Source of the DNA: Euryarchaeota archaeon UBA171
Lineage (GTDB): Archaea; Thermoplasmatota; Poseidoniia; Poseidoniales; Thalassarchaeaceae
Direction of reading: 5' to 3'
DNA: 64,000 nucleotides
Assembly: GCA_002497295.1 (NCBI GenBank)
Contig: DANO01000039.1
Span: 16,405-80,404 of the forward strand
Positions 44,957-54,376 of this stretch are shown here, piece after piece. The position numbers and the translations under genes were made by a program. The notes under the pieces are model-generated. The model searched no databases. It was not told where the DNA came from and worked only from the letters and a program-made list of their open reading frames with translations. The stretch's first letter is position 1. Every line of letters starts with the position of its first letter.

Positions 44957-46132
44957 TCACCTCACTACTGGTAGTGCCCTCGGTCCTGAATGGTTTTTCA
45001 AAGTGTGTGATCTGAATTTGGTATATGTCGTGTTTCTTTGGACAGCCTCTTGTCCCGTGGATTCTATCATGCGTACCAAGCCCTCCAAGCCTGTGTTAAG
45101 GGGGGTGCTCGAACCTGCAGAGTGCATGATTTCCTCTTTCTCAACAGTTCCATCCAGATCATCGGCTCCATTGAGGATCGCTAGAGATGCTAGATCGTCT
45201 CCAATGTTCATCCTGTAAGCCTTCAGATGAGGTATATTATCAAGCATTAATCTGGATATGGAGATAGTTCTGAGGACCTCTTCTGCACTTGGTATCTTTG
45301 CCTCTGGTAAACGTGTTTTATCAGGCAGAAAAGGATATGGTACAAAGCATTGGAATCCAGAAGTCTCGTCCTGTAATCTCCTAAGCAAATCCAGATGTGT
45401 GATTCTGTCTCTAAGCGTTTCAACGGTACCGAACAACATGGTACAATTCGTCGGAAGTCCTGCTTCATGAGCTGATCTGTGGATTGAAAGATACTCGAGA
45501 CTAGATTCTTTACCCCTGCAAATTCTATCTCTGACTGAATCTACGAGGATCTCTGCACCTCCACCAGGAATAGCGTCCAAACCTGCATCCATCAAACGAG
45601 TCAGAGTTTGAGGTATAGTTATCCCAGTACGTTTGGCGATGTGTTTGATTTCAACCGCAGTTAGAGATTTGATCGTAATGTGTGGAAATTCTTTCTTCAT
45701 GGCCCTGTATAGATTTTCATAGTGGTCAATAGTCCATTCAGGGTGAAGTCCTCCGACTGAATGTACTTCATCGATAGATTCCGAATATGGGCGTACGCGA
45801 TCCAAATATTCTTCTACTGACAAGTAATACGCATCTTCATGCTTCGAGCCTTTCCTAAACGCACAGAACCTACAAGCTAGAACGCATATATTGGTAGTAT
45901 TGACATGTAGGTTTAGATTGAAATGTATCTTTTCTCCGTGCATTTTCCTCTTCACTGAATGGGCTAATTCGCCGAGTTGCAATAGGGGCGCATGTTTGTA
46001 TAGCGACAAGCCCAAATCAAAATCGATTCGACCCCCTTCGGAAATGATTATCCGGGCGCGAGCCATGGCTTCATTGCCTTCTAAATCACCCATATTGGGT
46101 TCCAGCGGCATAGCGCCGCTGTCATTATGCAT
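44957..46132 (-). CDS. radical-SAM enzyme of the MqnC/MqnE/CofH family (cyclic dehypoxanthinyl futalosine synthase or aminofutalosine synthase)
   Basis: It has the N.TNICVLACRFCAF radical-SAM cluster motif and family-typical downstream regions (GG.HP, GLD..PGGGAEI). I cannot distinguish C from E by eye. The start is uncertain; the track ORF extends to 46204. Confidence 0.75.
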   Translation of the reverse strand: MHNDSGAMPLEPNMGDLEGNEAMARARIIISEGGRIDFDLGLSLYKHAPLLQLGELAHSVKRKMHGEKIHFNLNLHVNTTNICVLACRFCAFRKGSKHEDAYYLSVEEYLDRVRPYSESIDEVHSVGGLHPEWTIDHYENLYRAMKKEFPHITIKSLTAVEIKHIAKRTGITIPQTLTRLMDAGLDAIPGGGAEILVDSVRDRICRGKESSLEYLSIHRSAHEAGLPTNCTMLFGTVETLRDRITHLDLLRRLQDETSGFQCFVPYPFLPDKTRLPEAKIPSAEEVLRTISISRLMLDNIPHLKAYRMNIGDDLASLAILNGADDLDGTVEKEEIMHSAGSSTPLNTGLEGLVRMIESTGQEAVQRNTTYTKFRSHTLKNHSGPRALPVVR

Positions 46133-46231
46133 GGTATTCCTCTCTAGACCCCTATCTATAACTGAATGGCTAACTCCATAGCAACCAAAACGATAGGTAA
46201 CCAATAAAGACTGATAGAATCACGTGAGTAC

Positions 46232-47047
46232 ATGCAGAGTGACGCCATAGAGGAATTGAATGAGTCTGCATTAAGGTGTAGAAGGAGGATTGTCGAAATG
46301 GTATACAAGGCCCAATCCGGCCATCCGGGCGGCTCCTTATCTTGTATAGACATCCTTGTGGGCCTATACAGAGGCGTTATGCGATTTGACCCAGAGAAAC
46401 CCAGCTGGGGCGATCGTGATAGATTTATCATGAGCAAAGGGCATGCTAGTCCTGCAGTATACTCGATACTGAGAGATGTAGGAGTTCTTGAGGATTCAGA
46501 TCTAGATGGTTTCAGATCACTTGGATCTGTATGTCAGGGCCATGTTGACAGGAAGTGGACAGAAGGGGTCGACTTCTCCGCAGGCAGTCTGGGCATGGGG
46601 CTTTCATTTGGACTTGGATCGGCACTTGCAGCCAGACTCGATGTATCTGATAGGCATGCATGGGTATTGTTAGGGGATGGCGAGATACAAGAAGGCCAGA
46701 TATGGGAGGCGGCTATGGCCGCATCTCATCTTGAGGTGACTAATCTCACTGCGATAATCGATAGGAATAGAATCCAGAATGATAATTTCGTAGAAGATCA
46801 GATGAGAGTCGGGGACGTAGCCTCAAAATTCCGCTCGTTTGGATGGAATGTTATCGAAATTGATGGGCACGATATGAAGGAGATTGTTAATGCTCTTTCT
46901 GAGGCGAAGGCGAGTGTCGGGCCTACTGCTATTGTGGCAGCGACAGTAAAGGGGAAGGGAGTCTCCTTCATGGAAGATAATCCCGCTTTCCACGGAGCTG
47001 CTCCAAATGAAGATCAGTATGCTGAGGCAATGGAGGAATTGTCATGA
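46232..47047 (+). CDS. transketolase, N-terminal (TPP-binding) subunit
   Basis: 271 aa. It has SGH.GGSLS..D, KGHA.PA.Y and the GDGE..EG..WEA motif. Confidence 0.92.
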   Translation: MQSDAIEELNESALRCRRRIVEMVYKAQSGHPGGSLSCIDILVGLYRGVMRFDPEKPSWGDRDRFIMSKGHASPAVYSILRDVGVLEDSDLDGFRSLGSVCQGHVDRKWTEGVDFSAGSLGMGLSFGLGSALAARLDVSDRHAWVLLGDGEIQEGQIWEAAMAASHLEVTNLTAIIDRNRIQNDNFVEDQMRVGDVASKFRSFGWNVIEIDGHDMKEIVNALSEAKASVGPTAIVAATVKGKGVSFMEDNPAFHGAAPNEDQYAEAMEELS

Positions 47048-47997
47048 CCGGAATATCGGAGCCAGGAGCGTCAAGAGATGGATATGGCGATGCATTACTT
47101 GATTTATCCTCTGATAAGAGAGTTGTAGTTCTAGAGGCGGACCTTGGAAAGTCCACCAAATCCTGCCACTTCAGAGCGCAGTATCCGGACAGAACGTTCT
47201 GTCTTGGCATAGCTGAACAGAATATGGCACTTGTCGGAGCGGGTCTTGCAGAAGCCGGCAAGATCCCCTTCGCGAGTACTTTCGCGATATTCTCCGAACG
47301 AGCCTTTGAGCAGTTTAGAAACGGTATAGCTAGGACAGGGCTCGTTGTGCATCTCTGCGGTAGTCACGGTGGTATGCATACTGGGCAAGATGGAAGCAGT
47401 GCTCAGTCTACTGAAGATCTTGGCATCTTCAGGACCCTTCCGGGAATGACTGTGATGCATCCATGTGACAGAAACTCGGCACGATCCTTGACCCGCAATC
47501 TCCTCAGTCATGATTACCCATCTTACACCAGAACTGCCCGTAATAAAACTAGAGAAATATATTCCGAGGCAGAGGCAGATAATTTGGAGATAGGTGTCGC
47601 ATCTGAGTTGAGGGCTGGCGAAGATGCGACGATAATCGCATGTGGCGTAATGGTGGAGCGATCGCTGGATGCTGCAGAAGAGCTCTCAAATCACGGCATA
47701 GAGGCACGAGTAATTGATATGCATACCTTAAAGCCGATCGATAAAGATGCGATTCTCAAAGCAGCAAAGACCGGGGCTATAGTAACCGCAGAAGACCATT
47801 CAGTTATCGGCGGACTCGGTTCTGCAGTTGCTGAAATACTATCAGAGGAATGTCCAACAAGGATGAAAATGGTCGGAGTTAGAGATAAATTCGGTGAAAG
47901 CGGATCTCCAGAGGAAATCATGAATAAGATGGGGCTGACTTCCGAGAATATAGTTCAAAGAGTGATGGAATTAGTACAAAAACCTGGGCGTACTTGA
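47044..47997 (+). CDS. transketolase, C-terminal (pyrimidine-binding) subunit
   Basis: 317 aa. Motifs seen: G.AEQNM...AGLA..GK.PF..TFA.F, then G..G.SHQ..ED-like, then MHT.KP.D. It overlaps the N-subunit by 4 nt. Confidence 0.92.
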   Translation: MTGISEPGASRDGYGDALLDLSSDKRVVVLEADLGKSTKSCHFRAQYPDRTFCLGIAEQNMALVGAGLAEAGKIPFASTFAIFSERAFEQFRNGIARTGLVVHLCGSHGGMHTGQDGSSAQSTEDLGIFRTLPGMTVMHPCDRNSARSLTRNLLSHDYPSYTRTARNKTREIYSEAEADNLEIGVASELRAGEDATIIACGVMVERSLDAAEELSNHGIEARVIDMHTLKPIDKDAILKAAKTGAIVTAEDHSVIGGLGSAVAEILSEECPTRMKMVGVRDKFGESGSPEEIMNKMGLTSENIVQRVMELVQKPGRT

Positions 47998-48023
47998 TGT
48001 AGGCGTTCGTATCCGAATCACTC

Positions 48024-48524
48024 ATGGTTGACGAGTCCGTACTAAGAGATCTGCTCGACGGGAAGATATCTCCTGAGGAGGTCGATGACCCAAATATTGT
48101 AAGTCTCATAGAGCGAATATACGGTGCAGAAGCACTTGAAAAGCTTGGATTGAGACAGAAAGATTTGGCTCCTAGGAGTTTTTCTGAACCTATTCCCAAG
48201 GAGGTTGATTCCCCAGAGTCCGATATCGCGAAAATTGAAACTATTCAAGACGAAGGGGGGCGATGGGGTCCGAGATGGACGATTCTCATATTGGGGATTC
48301 TGACAACTGGACTTTTCGTGTTCAACGTCTATGCAGGCGTTGGAACCGTGGTTGACCTTTGTGAATCTGACTCCTGCGGGGAAACCTACACGCTTGGACA
48401 TGCTCCGGACCTTGAATCTTCAGACAGTTGGAGAGAGCCCGGGACACTGACAAATGAGGATATCATTGCCATAAGTGCCACCTCCATAATCGCAGTAGTT
48501 GGTCTGACTGGAAGGTACCGATAG
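48024..48524 (+). CDS. hypothetical protein with two predicted TM helices
   Basis: 166-aa ORF with an acidic N-terminal half and hydrophobic helices at ~95-115 and near the C-terminus. I recognise no family. Confidence 0.45.
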   Translation: MVDESVLRDLLDGKISPEEVDDPNIVSLIERIYGAEALEKLGLRQKDLAPRSFSEPIPKEVDSPESDIAKIETIQDEGGRWGPRWTILILGILTTGLFVFNVYAGVGTVVDLCESDSCGETYTLGHAPDLESSDSWREPGTLTNEDIIAISATSIIAVVGLTGRYR

Positions 48525-48547
48525 AAATCCACATCGAGGTCTGGTAA

Positions 48548-48643
48548 ATGGAGTTGGTTACTCTTAGCATAGTCGGACTCATAACGATTGTAGTACTTTT
48601 CTTGTGGGCCTTTTTGGAAGTTCGATTATCACTCCTGAAATGA
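48548..48643 (+). CDS. possible 31-aa hydrophobic micro-protein, ATGA-coupled to downstream membrane protein
   Basis: Manual translation: MELVTLSIVGLITIVVLFLWAFLEVRLSLLK. Its stop overlaps the ATG at 48640 of the next ORF (aATGA). Nothing supports it beyond the ORF and the coupling geometry. Confidence 0.25.
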   Translation: MELVTLSIVGLITIVVLFLWAFLEVRLSLLK

Positions 48644-49185
48644 GTCTTCTATCTGGTACCTTACTTGCTGTAGCCGATCTTTTTGTAGAACTTCTCGGTA
48701 CCTCAATGGGAAAATGGGAATATGTAGACTCCGTTATATTTCTAGAAGGTCGCGTACCGGTGGAACTCGTTCCAATCTTCTTCTCTCTTGGAATGTTGAT
48801 GGCTTTTATCTATGAATGGCTAAATGTATCTGAGTTAGATATTTCACTCAGTCTTTCTCTAAACATAATCATCCTTCTTGGCGTTTCTGTATACGTCTTT
48901 AGGACTTACAATGATCAGCCGGTAGCTCTGGTAATGATATCCGTGCCACTCGGCGTCTGGGGGCTTATGCAGATTGATGAGATGCGCATGAGGGCCCTAA
49001 GCATCATGTTTGCAGGTTTCGTGGGGGTGGCGGACTATGTCATCGAAGTGATGATAATGAATTCTGGAGGGTATGCCTATTCTGCTGGTTTCAGAGCTGA
49101 GACGCCTCTAACATACAGAATGGCTATTATGGCTATTTTTGGAGTCATAGAGTGGAGTAGGAAAAGACGGGTTAGTACATCTTAG
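48640..49185 (+). CDS. polytopic membrane protein, unknown function
   Basis: The track ORF starts at a GTG at 48604, but an in-frame ATG at 48640 is preferred. There are about 5 hydrophobic helices. I recognise no family. Confidence 0.5.
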   Translation: MSLLSGTLLAVADLFVELLGTSMGKWEYVDSVIFLEGRVPVELVPIFFSLGMLMAFIYEWLNVSELDISLSLSLNIIILLGVSVYVFRTYNDQPVALVMISVPLGVWGLMQIDEMRMRALSIMFAGFVGVADYVIEVMIMNSGGYAYSAGFRAETPLTYRMAIMAIFGVIEWSRKRRVSTS

Positions 49186-50677
49186 CCAGATGCTGCCTCC
49201 TGACAGTCTCCTTCCCAGTTATTATGCAAATTCTGGGTGCCTCATATGGCTCTAACAAATCTCCAAGAAGAGTTAGATTTGTAGATTTTTCTAGTTTTTC
49301 TGCATCCGCATCATTACCGTCGAATGCTACTTCATACACCATTCCTTCATCTAAATCGGAGGGTTTCTGAGGCAGTGACAGGAGGACAGACATCCTGGAC
49401 TCCATTAGATTTGAAGATCTCAGTCTAAGCTCTGTCGAAACGTCCTCGAGAGCCTTCATCACGGTATCTTCTAACAGATCGAGAGAATGACTCGCCTTCC
49501 CGCCAGTTCTGAGGTTCATCACAAAGGAATCGCTGGATAGGTCACGTGGACCGATTTCTATCCTAAGGGGCACTCCCTTGATTTCCCAGTCATAATGCTT
49601 AGCACCAGGACGCATGTCCCTTGAATCGAGTCTAGCCCTGATTCCAGATTTCTTCAGTCGCCCTACAATAGTTGACGCCTGAGGCTCGACGGCCTCGTCA
49701 AGATGCGCCGCTACAGGCATAACCACGACTTGGATGGGTGCGATCGATGGGGGCATTATGAGTCCGGCGTCATCGCCATGAACCCCTACCACAGCGCCTA
49801 AGAGCCTCTCACTCATTCCAAATGTCGTTTGATGGCAATTACTCTGACTGCCGTCCGCACCCTCGTATGTGATGTCGAATGCGCGAGCCCATTGGTCTCT
49901 GTAGTGATGGTATGAGGCTATTTGCAGTGTCCTCCCGTTAGGCATGATTGCATCAACTGCATTTGTGTACCATGCTCCAGGAAATGTATCCCAGACAGGT
50001 CTCTTCGATATGATTGCAGGGAGACAGAGGTCATGAAGGAGTCTCCGCACTATATCTGAATCCTCATCTATCTGGGCATCGGCTCCAGATTGATCTGCGT
50101 GCGCAGTATGAGCTTCGAAAAAGTGGATCTCGCGCACTCTGATGAAGGAACGGGTCTGCTTAGTCTCGTATCGGAATGTATTGACAATCTGGAATGTTTT
50201 CAGAGGTAGATCTGCATGTGATCTGATCCATAGGGAGAACATGGTATACATCGGAGTCTCGCTAGTGGGACGTAGAAACATCGGGACATCAAGATCATGT
50301 TCACCAGCATGTTTTACCCAATAGACTTCCTTCTCGAAGCCCCCAATCTCTTCTTCAATTCGTAACTCAGAGGGGTCAACGCCTTGTTCTCTCGCCATTT
50401 TAAGAGTCTGTACCAATTTATTCTCCTTATCCAAAAGATCGTGGGGCACCAACAATGGGAAGTTGTACTCATCGTGATCCGTGTTCCTCATCTCCGTACG
50501 AACGAGTGCGTCTATGTTCCCCATTGCACTCCATCCATAGGGTTTCCATACATCCATTCCTTTGATCGGGTACCGCTTATCGACAAGATCTGCTATCTCC
50601 ACTATCGCAGGATACCAAGAGTTGAAGTCTTCTTTGGGGGGGATGCCTCGTTTGGCGCTACCTGGTCCCTTGGGCAT
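49172..50677 (-). CDS. proS: prolyl-tRNA synthetase (archaeal/eukaryotic type)
   Basis: 501 aa. It has the N-terminal F..WY.......L.D.RYP.KG..VW.P.G, class II motifs, and a C-terminal Zn-binding-type domain ending ...Y. Confidence 0.92.
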   Translation of the reverse strand: MPKGPGSAKRGIPPKEDFNSWYPAIVEIADLVDKRYPIKGMDVWKPYGWSAMGNIDALVRTEMRNTDHDEYNFPLLVPHDLLDKENKLVQTLKMAREQGVDPSELRIEEEIGGFEKEVYWVKHAGEHDLDVPMFLRPTSETPMYTMFSLWIRSHADLPLKTFQIVNTFRYETKQTRSFIRVREIHFFEAHTAHADQSGADAQIDEDSDIVRRLLHDLCLPAIISKRPVWDTFPGAWYTNAVDAIMPNGRTLQIASYHHYRDQWARAFDITYEGADGSQSNCHQTTFGMSERLLGAVVGVHGDDAGLIMPPSIAPIQVVVMPVAAHLDEAVEPQASTIVGRLKKSGIRARLDSRDMRPGAKHYDWEIKGVPLRIEIGPRDLSSDSFVMNLRTGGKASHSLDLLEDTVMKALEDVSTELRLRSSNLMESRMSVLLSLPQKPSDLDEGMVYEVAFDGNDADAEKLEKSTNLTLLGDLLEPYEAPRICIITGKETVRRQHLAKMY

Positions 50678-50719
50678 AGTCCTTCCACCGCGTTATAACC
50701 TTCAAAATGCCGGATGCAT

Positions 50720-51901
50720 CTACTCCATCCAGTATGAAACAATCGATTCAATGGATATGCATAGATGTTCTAAATCCGATATCTCATCTACATCGTTCTT
50801 CGTAACTAAATGTGCCCTGGGCCCAGGGCCATCGAGATTCTCCAATAGATTTGCAACAACTGCATCGCTTTCACAGCGTTTCATGTGAGATCGCGCTCTA
50901 GAAATCAGCTCCTCGACCTCTATTTCACTTTCTAGTTTGAACGAGATTATTCTGGAATTTGAGCCACTAGACCGTATGGAATCGATCAATCGAGGAGATG
51001 GTTCAACTTCTATGGGCGCGGGAGGTGTGGAGGATGACATTTTCACCATTGAAGGGTTAACTGGCTGAAAATCGAGAACTGCTGCTGCTACAATCCACAC
51101 GTCCGGGATGGACTTGGCCATAACGCCCCTAACTGCTTCTACCATCGCCTGAGGTGTTCTGGCTATTATGTCCGATTGAACCCCACTCGTTTCCACGATG
51201 CCGCATATCCTGGTGACACTGTGCCCCATCCTCTCCAAGTAATCGCTTATCTGAATGCCAGTTTTACCAGAGGATTTGTTCGAAATCACACGTACAGGAT
51301 CAATCGATGACTCGGTGGCTCCATAAATGACTACAACATTTGCTCTATTCGGAAGATTTTCGTTAATTTTCGCTGCTGCGAATCTGACAATGTTTGTGGG
51401 AGAAGGTTGCTTCCTTCTCCCCTCTACAGATGGGGAAACTAACACCTTGTAGCCGATCGATTTGATTGTCTCGATCATATCCCCCGTAACTGCATCGTCA
51501 AACAAGTCATCATGCATTGAAGGAACCAAAAGGATAGTTTTCCCGGCTCCAGAGGCAGCCGTTATTGCCATCATCGCAGGATCATCCATAACGCCAGCGC
51601 ATATTTTGGATAGCGTGTTCCTCGTTGCTGGCGCAACAAGCACGAGATCTGGTGTGTCCAAACCAGGCAAATCAGAAGACCAACCGGTATTCACATCGCT
51701 ACCGGTTGCCCACCCAACGGCGAGCGGCGAAATGATTTTTGTGGCTTCTGACGTCATAGTCACTGTGATTTCTGCCCCATGCCTGCGCAACTCTCTCGCC
51801 AAGCGTACTGTCTCTACAGCAGCTATTCCACCAGTCACAACAAGGTGCACCATCTTACCCCTCAGGGAGTCACCAGACAGTTGAACATCAGAGTCGCGCA
51901 C
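50720..51901 (-). CDS. coaBC: bifunctional phosphopantothenoylcysteine decarboxylase / phosphopantothenate-cysteine ligase (CoaBC/Dfp)
   Basis: 393 aa. The N-terminal flavoprotein domain has VTGGIAA....L.R.L...G. The C-terminal DFP domain has ISN.SSGK.G and AAAV.DF. Confidence 0.9.
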   Translation of the reverse strand: MRDSDVQLSGDSLRGKMVHLVVTGGIAAVETVRLARELRRHGAEITVTMTSEATKIISPLAVGWATGSDVNTGWSSDLPGLDTPDLVLVAPATRNTLSKICAGVMDDPAMMAITAASGAGKTILLVPSMHDDLFDDAVTGDMIETIKSIGYKVLVSPSVEGRRKQPSPTNIVRFAAAKINENLPNRANVVVIYGATESSIDPVRVISNKSSGKTGIQISDYLERMGHSVTRICGIVETSGVQSDIIARTPQAMVEAVRGVMAKSIPDVWIVAAAVLDFQPVNPSMVKMSSSTPPAPIEVEPSPRLIDSIRSSGSNSRIISFKLESEIEVEELISRARSHMKRCESDAVVANLLENLDGPGPRAHLVTKNDVDEISDLEHLCISIESIVSYWME

Positions 51902-51973
51902 ATGTACACGGCCAACGTTGTTTGCTTTCAGTTCATCGACAGACTAAACCTAGATGGCTGGCGGAGTGGGTAC

Positions 51974-52525
51974 ATGGAGGGGATAGGGGCACGTCTTCAC
52001 CGTCGGACAAGTCCGTTCATCCTCCTTGATGCAGTTATACTTGCTGTCCTTCTTGCCAGCCACGTAACCATCTTTGGATTCCTGCTATCCTCCATAGCTT
52101 CTGTTGTGGGCGCCTCTGCATTGTTGTATGTTGTTTTTAGCGCCTACTCATTCAGGAGAATGCGCCTAGGATCACTATCTCAGGCAATGAATGCGTTTTA
52201 TGTTCTTTTCACATTGTATGTGGCAATTGGCATCATTGATTTTCTTGCAGCCGGATTGATTGGTGATGGTTGGCTATTCATACAGGCTTTCCTAGTTCTA
52301 CTACTGGCACGGTCGTGTTTACAACGGAGAAGGGCTTTAGACGATCCTCGTTTTAGATCATGGTGGACGATATCCACAGGAGAAGATGTATTGGGAATCG
52401 AACTCTCCGAGGGAGAATTACTCGCAACTTGTCCATCGTGCGCATCCATGCTCGCGGTTATTCCTGAGAAGCTTGAAGAAGGCGATCTCTGCCCTATTTG
52501 CGGCAAGTCCCTAACTGGAGGCTGA
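51974..52525 (+). CDS. membrane protein with C-terminal Zn-ribbon
   Basis: Four hydrophobic helices are followed by CPSC...(x15)...CPICG. The track ORF start (51779) lies inside the opposite-strand coaBC, so the ATG at 51974 is preferred. Confidence 0.5.
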   Translation: MEGIGARLHRRTSPFILLDAVILAVLLASHVTIFGFLLSSIASVVGASALLYVVFSAYSFRRMRLGSLSQAMNAFYVLFTLYVAIGIIDFLAAGLIGDGWLFIQAFLVLLLARSCLQRRRALDDPRFRSWWTISTGEDVLGIELSEGELLATCPSCASMLAVIPEKLEEGDLCPICGKSLTGG

Positions 52526-52529
52526 CTCT

Positions 52530-54347
52530 ATGGTGTTCAACGTGAAGAGGGTCAATGCGGTTTTACTAGCCCTGGCATTCTTTTCTGCACCCTTAGCCGG
52601 ATGCTTCAGTTCAGAAGGAGACATGATGGAAGAAGATCAGGGGCATTGGCTTCCACCTGTAGAGGACAGACACGCCATGGAGTATAGAACCGATGATGTG
52701 TTCTCCCGAGTGTCAAGGAATGGCACGTATGGAATAGACTTGGTTCGTTCAATATACGTTGAAATCCCTGAAATTGAGGCTTCTGACGGCGGAGCTGGAA
52801 TCACAGGGGGAGCTGAGGTCCATCTTGGCCTCTGGATGCCTGTGATAGAGGGGTGTGATTGGGAATCGGAAGTAATCGAAGACGAGTGTAAGATTCCTGT
52901 AATAACGGAAATTGGACCCTATTACGATGATGGAGATGTAGATGCACTGACACCTGCGGATCGCCTTGGTCGCTTCTTGATTGAAAATTTCGTCCCCCAT
53001 GGTTTTGCAGTCGCTCAAGTTTCTGTCTTCGGCACAGGAGAATCTAACCATTGCATGGATTTGATGGGGCATGACGAACAATCTGGCATCAAGGGCGCCA
53101 TTGACTGGCTCGGGATGCAGGTATGGTCGAATGGCCGTGTTGCTGCAATAGGGAAGTCATATGATGGGAGTACGCCATGGAACGCTGCTGCCTCTGGTTC
53201 AGAATATCTCACTACCATAATCCCGATGTCCGGCTTGATAGGGATGCATGACCTGATGTGGAGGAACGGGAGCATGGAGGCTCGTGGCGCCATTATGCAT
53301 AATGGGGTCTACGGATCTTTCGGACTTGATGGCGACAGCGGCGATATTGAGAATGCTTGCGAGGGATATCTCGAAGGGTATTACGCAGGTCCAGCGGCTT
53401 ACATGACAGGGGATAATCTGGGATGGGTGGGCTCGGACTATTGGGAGGAGCGACATTTTCTAACTCGCGCTCTCGAAATGTACAGTGGTTCGATTTATAT
53501 CATCCATGGACTACAAGACTGGAATGTTGATCCTCATATGGCATTTCCAACGCACCAGATGGCTATCGATGCAGGATTTGAAGTAAAGGGCCTTTATGGT
53601 CAGTGGGCGCACGATTATCCTGATCGTGATAGCGGCCATTCCAGCCTCTCGAGCGGGAGGGGGGGCGAAGCCTACCCCTATACCCTGCGCTGGGATTGGG
53701 GGGATGATCTTCTCGAATGGTTTGACTTCTACCTGAGGGACATCGGACCGCAACCACGGCTGATCGCCGAGATACAGGATAACATGGGTGGTTGGAGAGT
53801 AGAATCTACCTACCCCCCCGAGGATGTAGAATGGCTAATGATCGGAATGGATCAGTGCGACTTCATCGGAAGTGCAGTTATAGGCTCAAACACGCAATCG
53901 CAATTCTCATGCCCTGAATTCGAGGAAAATACACGCATAGTTGGGACTCCAACGTTCCATATCGAAGCCCAGATATCGATTTTCTCGACATCTGGACATC
54001 TCTTTGTAGAGATGCAGAGATCTTCTGACGGACTGCACCTGGGGCATGCTGTGATGGACCTCAGATTCCATTCGGGGGGGAAGGACGGGGAGATCTTAGC
54101 ACCAGGGAGTACCGTTATTGCAAAGATGGAGTTTTTCGGCATGGACGTAGTCGTACCGGCGGGCGATGGGATTTCCCTCTTCTTGAGTCAAACAGGGGAG
54201 GATTATGTGCCAAGCCCGGTATCAACGCAAGCAGTTACCATATCGACTGATGCTGCGTCCACATTGGGTCTTTCAATAGTCAATCGTTCATGCAATGATC
54301 TCTTTTTGCCGCCGATGGCTGATAATTATCCTTTTTGCGAAGATTGA
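52530..54347 (+). CDS. secreted/lipid-anchored CocE/NonD-family (S15, X-Pro dipeptidyl-peptidase-like) serine hydrolase
   Basis: 605 aa. It has a signal peptide with lipobox-like LAGC, the nucleophile elbow GKSYDGS, and a long C-terminal beta-rich (PepX_C-like) region. Confidence 0.7.
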   Translation: MVFNVKRVNAVLLALAFFSAPLAGCFSSEGDMMEEDQGHWLPPVEDRHAMEYRTDDVFSRVSRNGTYGIDLVRSIYVEIPEIEASDGGAGITGGAEVHLGLWMPVIEGCDWESEVIEDECKIPVITEIGPYYDDGDVDALTPADRLGRFLIENFVPHGFAVAQVSVFGTGESNHCMDLMGHDEQSGIKGAIDWLGMQVWSNGRVAAIGKSYDGSTPWNAAASGSEYLTTIIPMSGLIGMHDLMWRNGSMEARGAIMHNGVYGSFGLDGDSGDIENACEGYLEGYYAGPAAYMTGDNLGWVGSDYWEERHFLTRALEMYSGSIYIIHGLQDWNVDPHMAFPTHQMAIDAGFEVKGLYGQWAHDYPDRDSGHSSLSSGRGGEAYPYTLRWDWGDDLLEWFDFYLRDIGPQPRLIAEIQDNMGGWRVESTYPPEDVEWLMIGMDQCDFIGSAVIGSNTQSQFSCPEFEENTRIVGTPTFHIEAQISIFSTSGHLFVEMQRSSDGLHLGHAVMDLRFHSGGKDGEILAPGSTVIAKMEFFGMDVVVPAGDGISLFLSQTGEDYVPSPVSTQAVTISTDAASTLGLSIVNRSCNDLFLPPMADNYPFCED

Positions 54348-54376
54348 CTGTCTGATGCATCATCTTGGAGTAGGAC

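Noticed and set aside
48548-48660. A possible frameshifted pseudogene joining the 31-codon hydrophobic ORF to the downstream membrane protein, at the T5 run near 48611.
   Set aside because: An ATGA stop/start overlap at 48640-48643 gives a simpler two-gene explanation. Without reads or orthologues, a frameshift cannot be supported.
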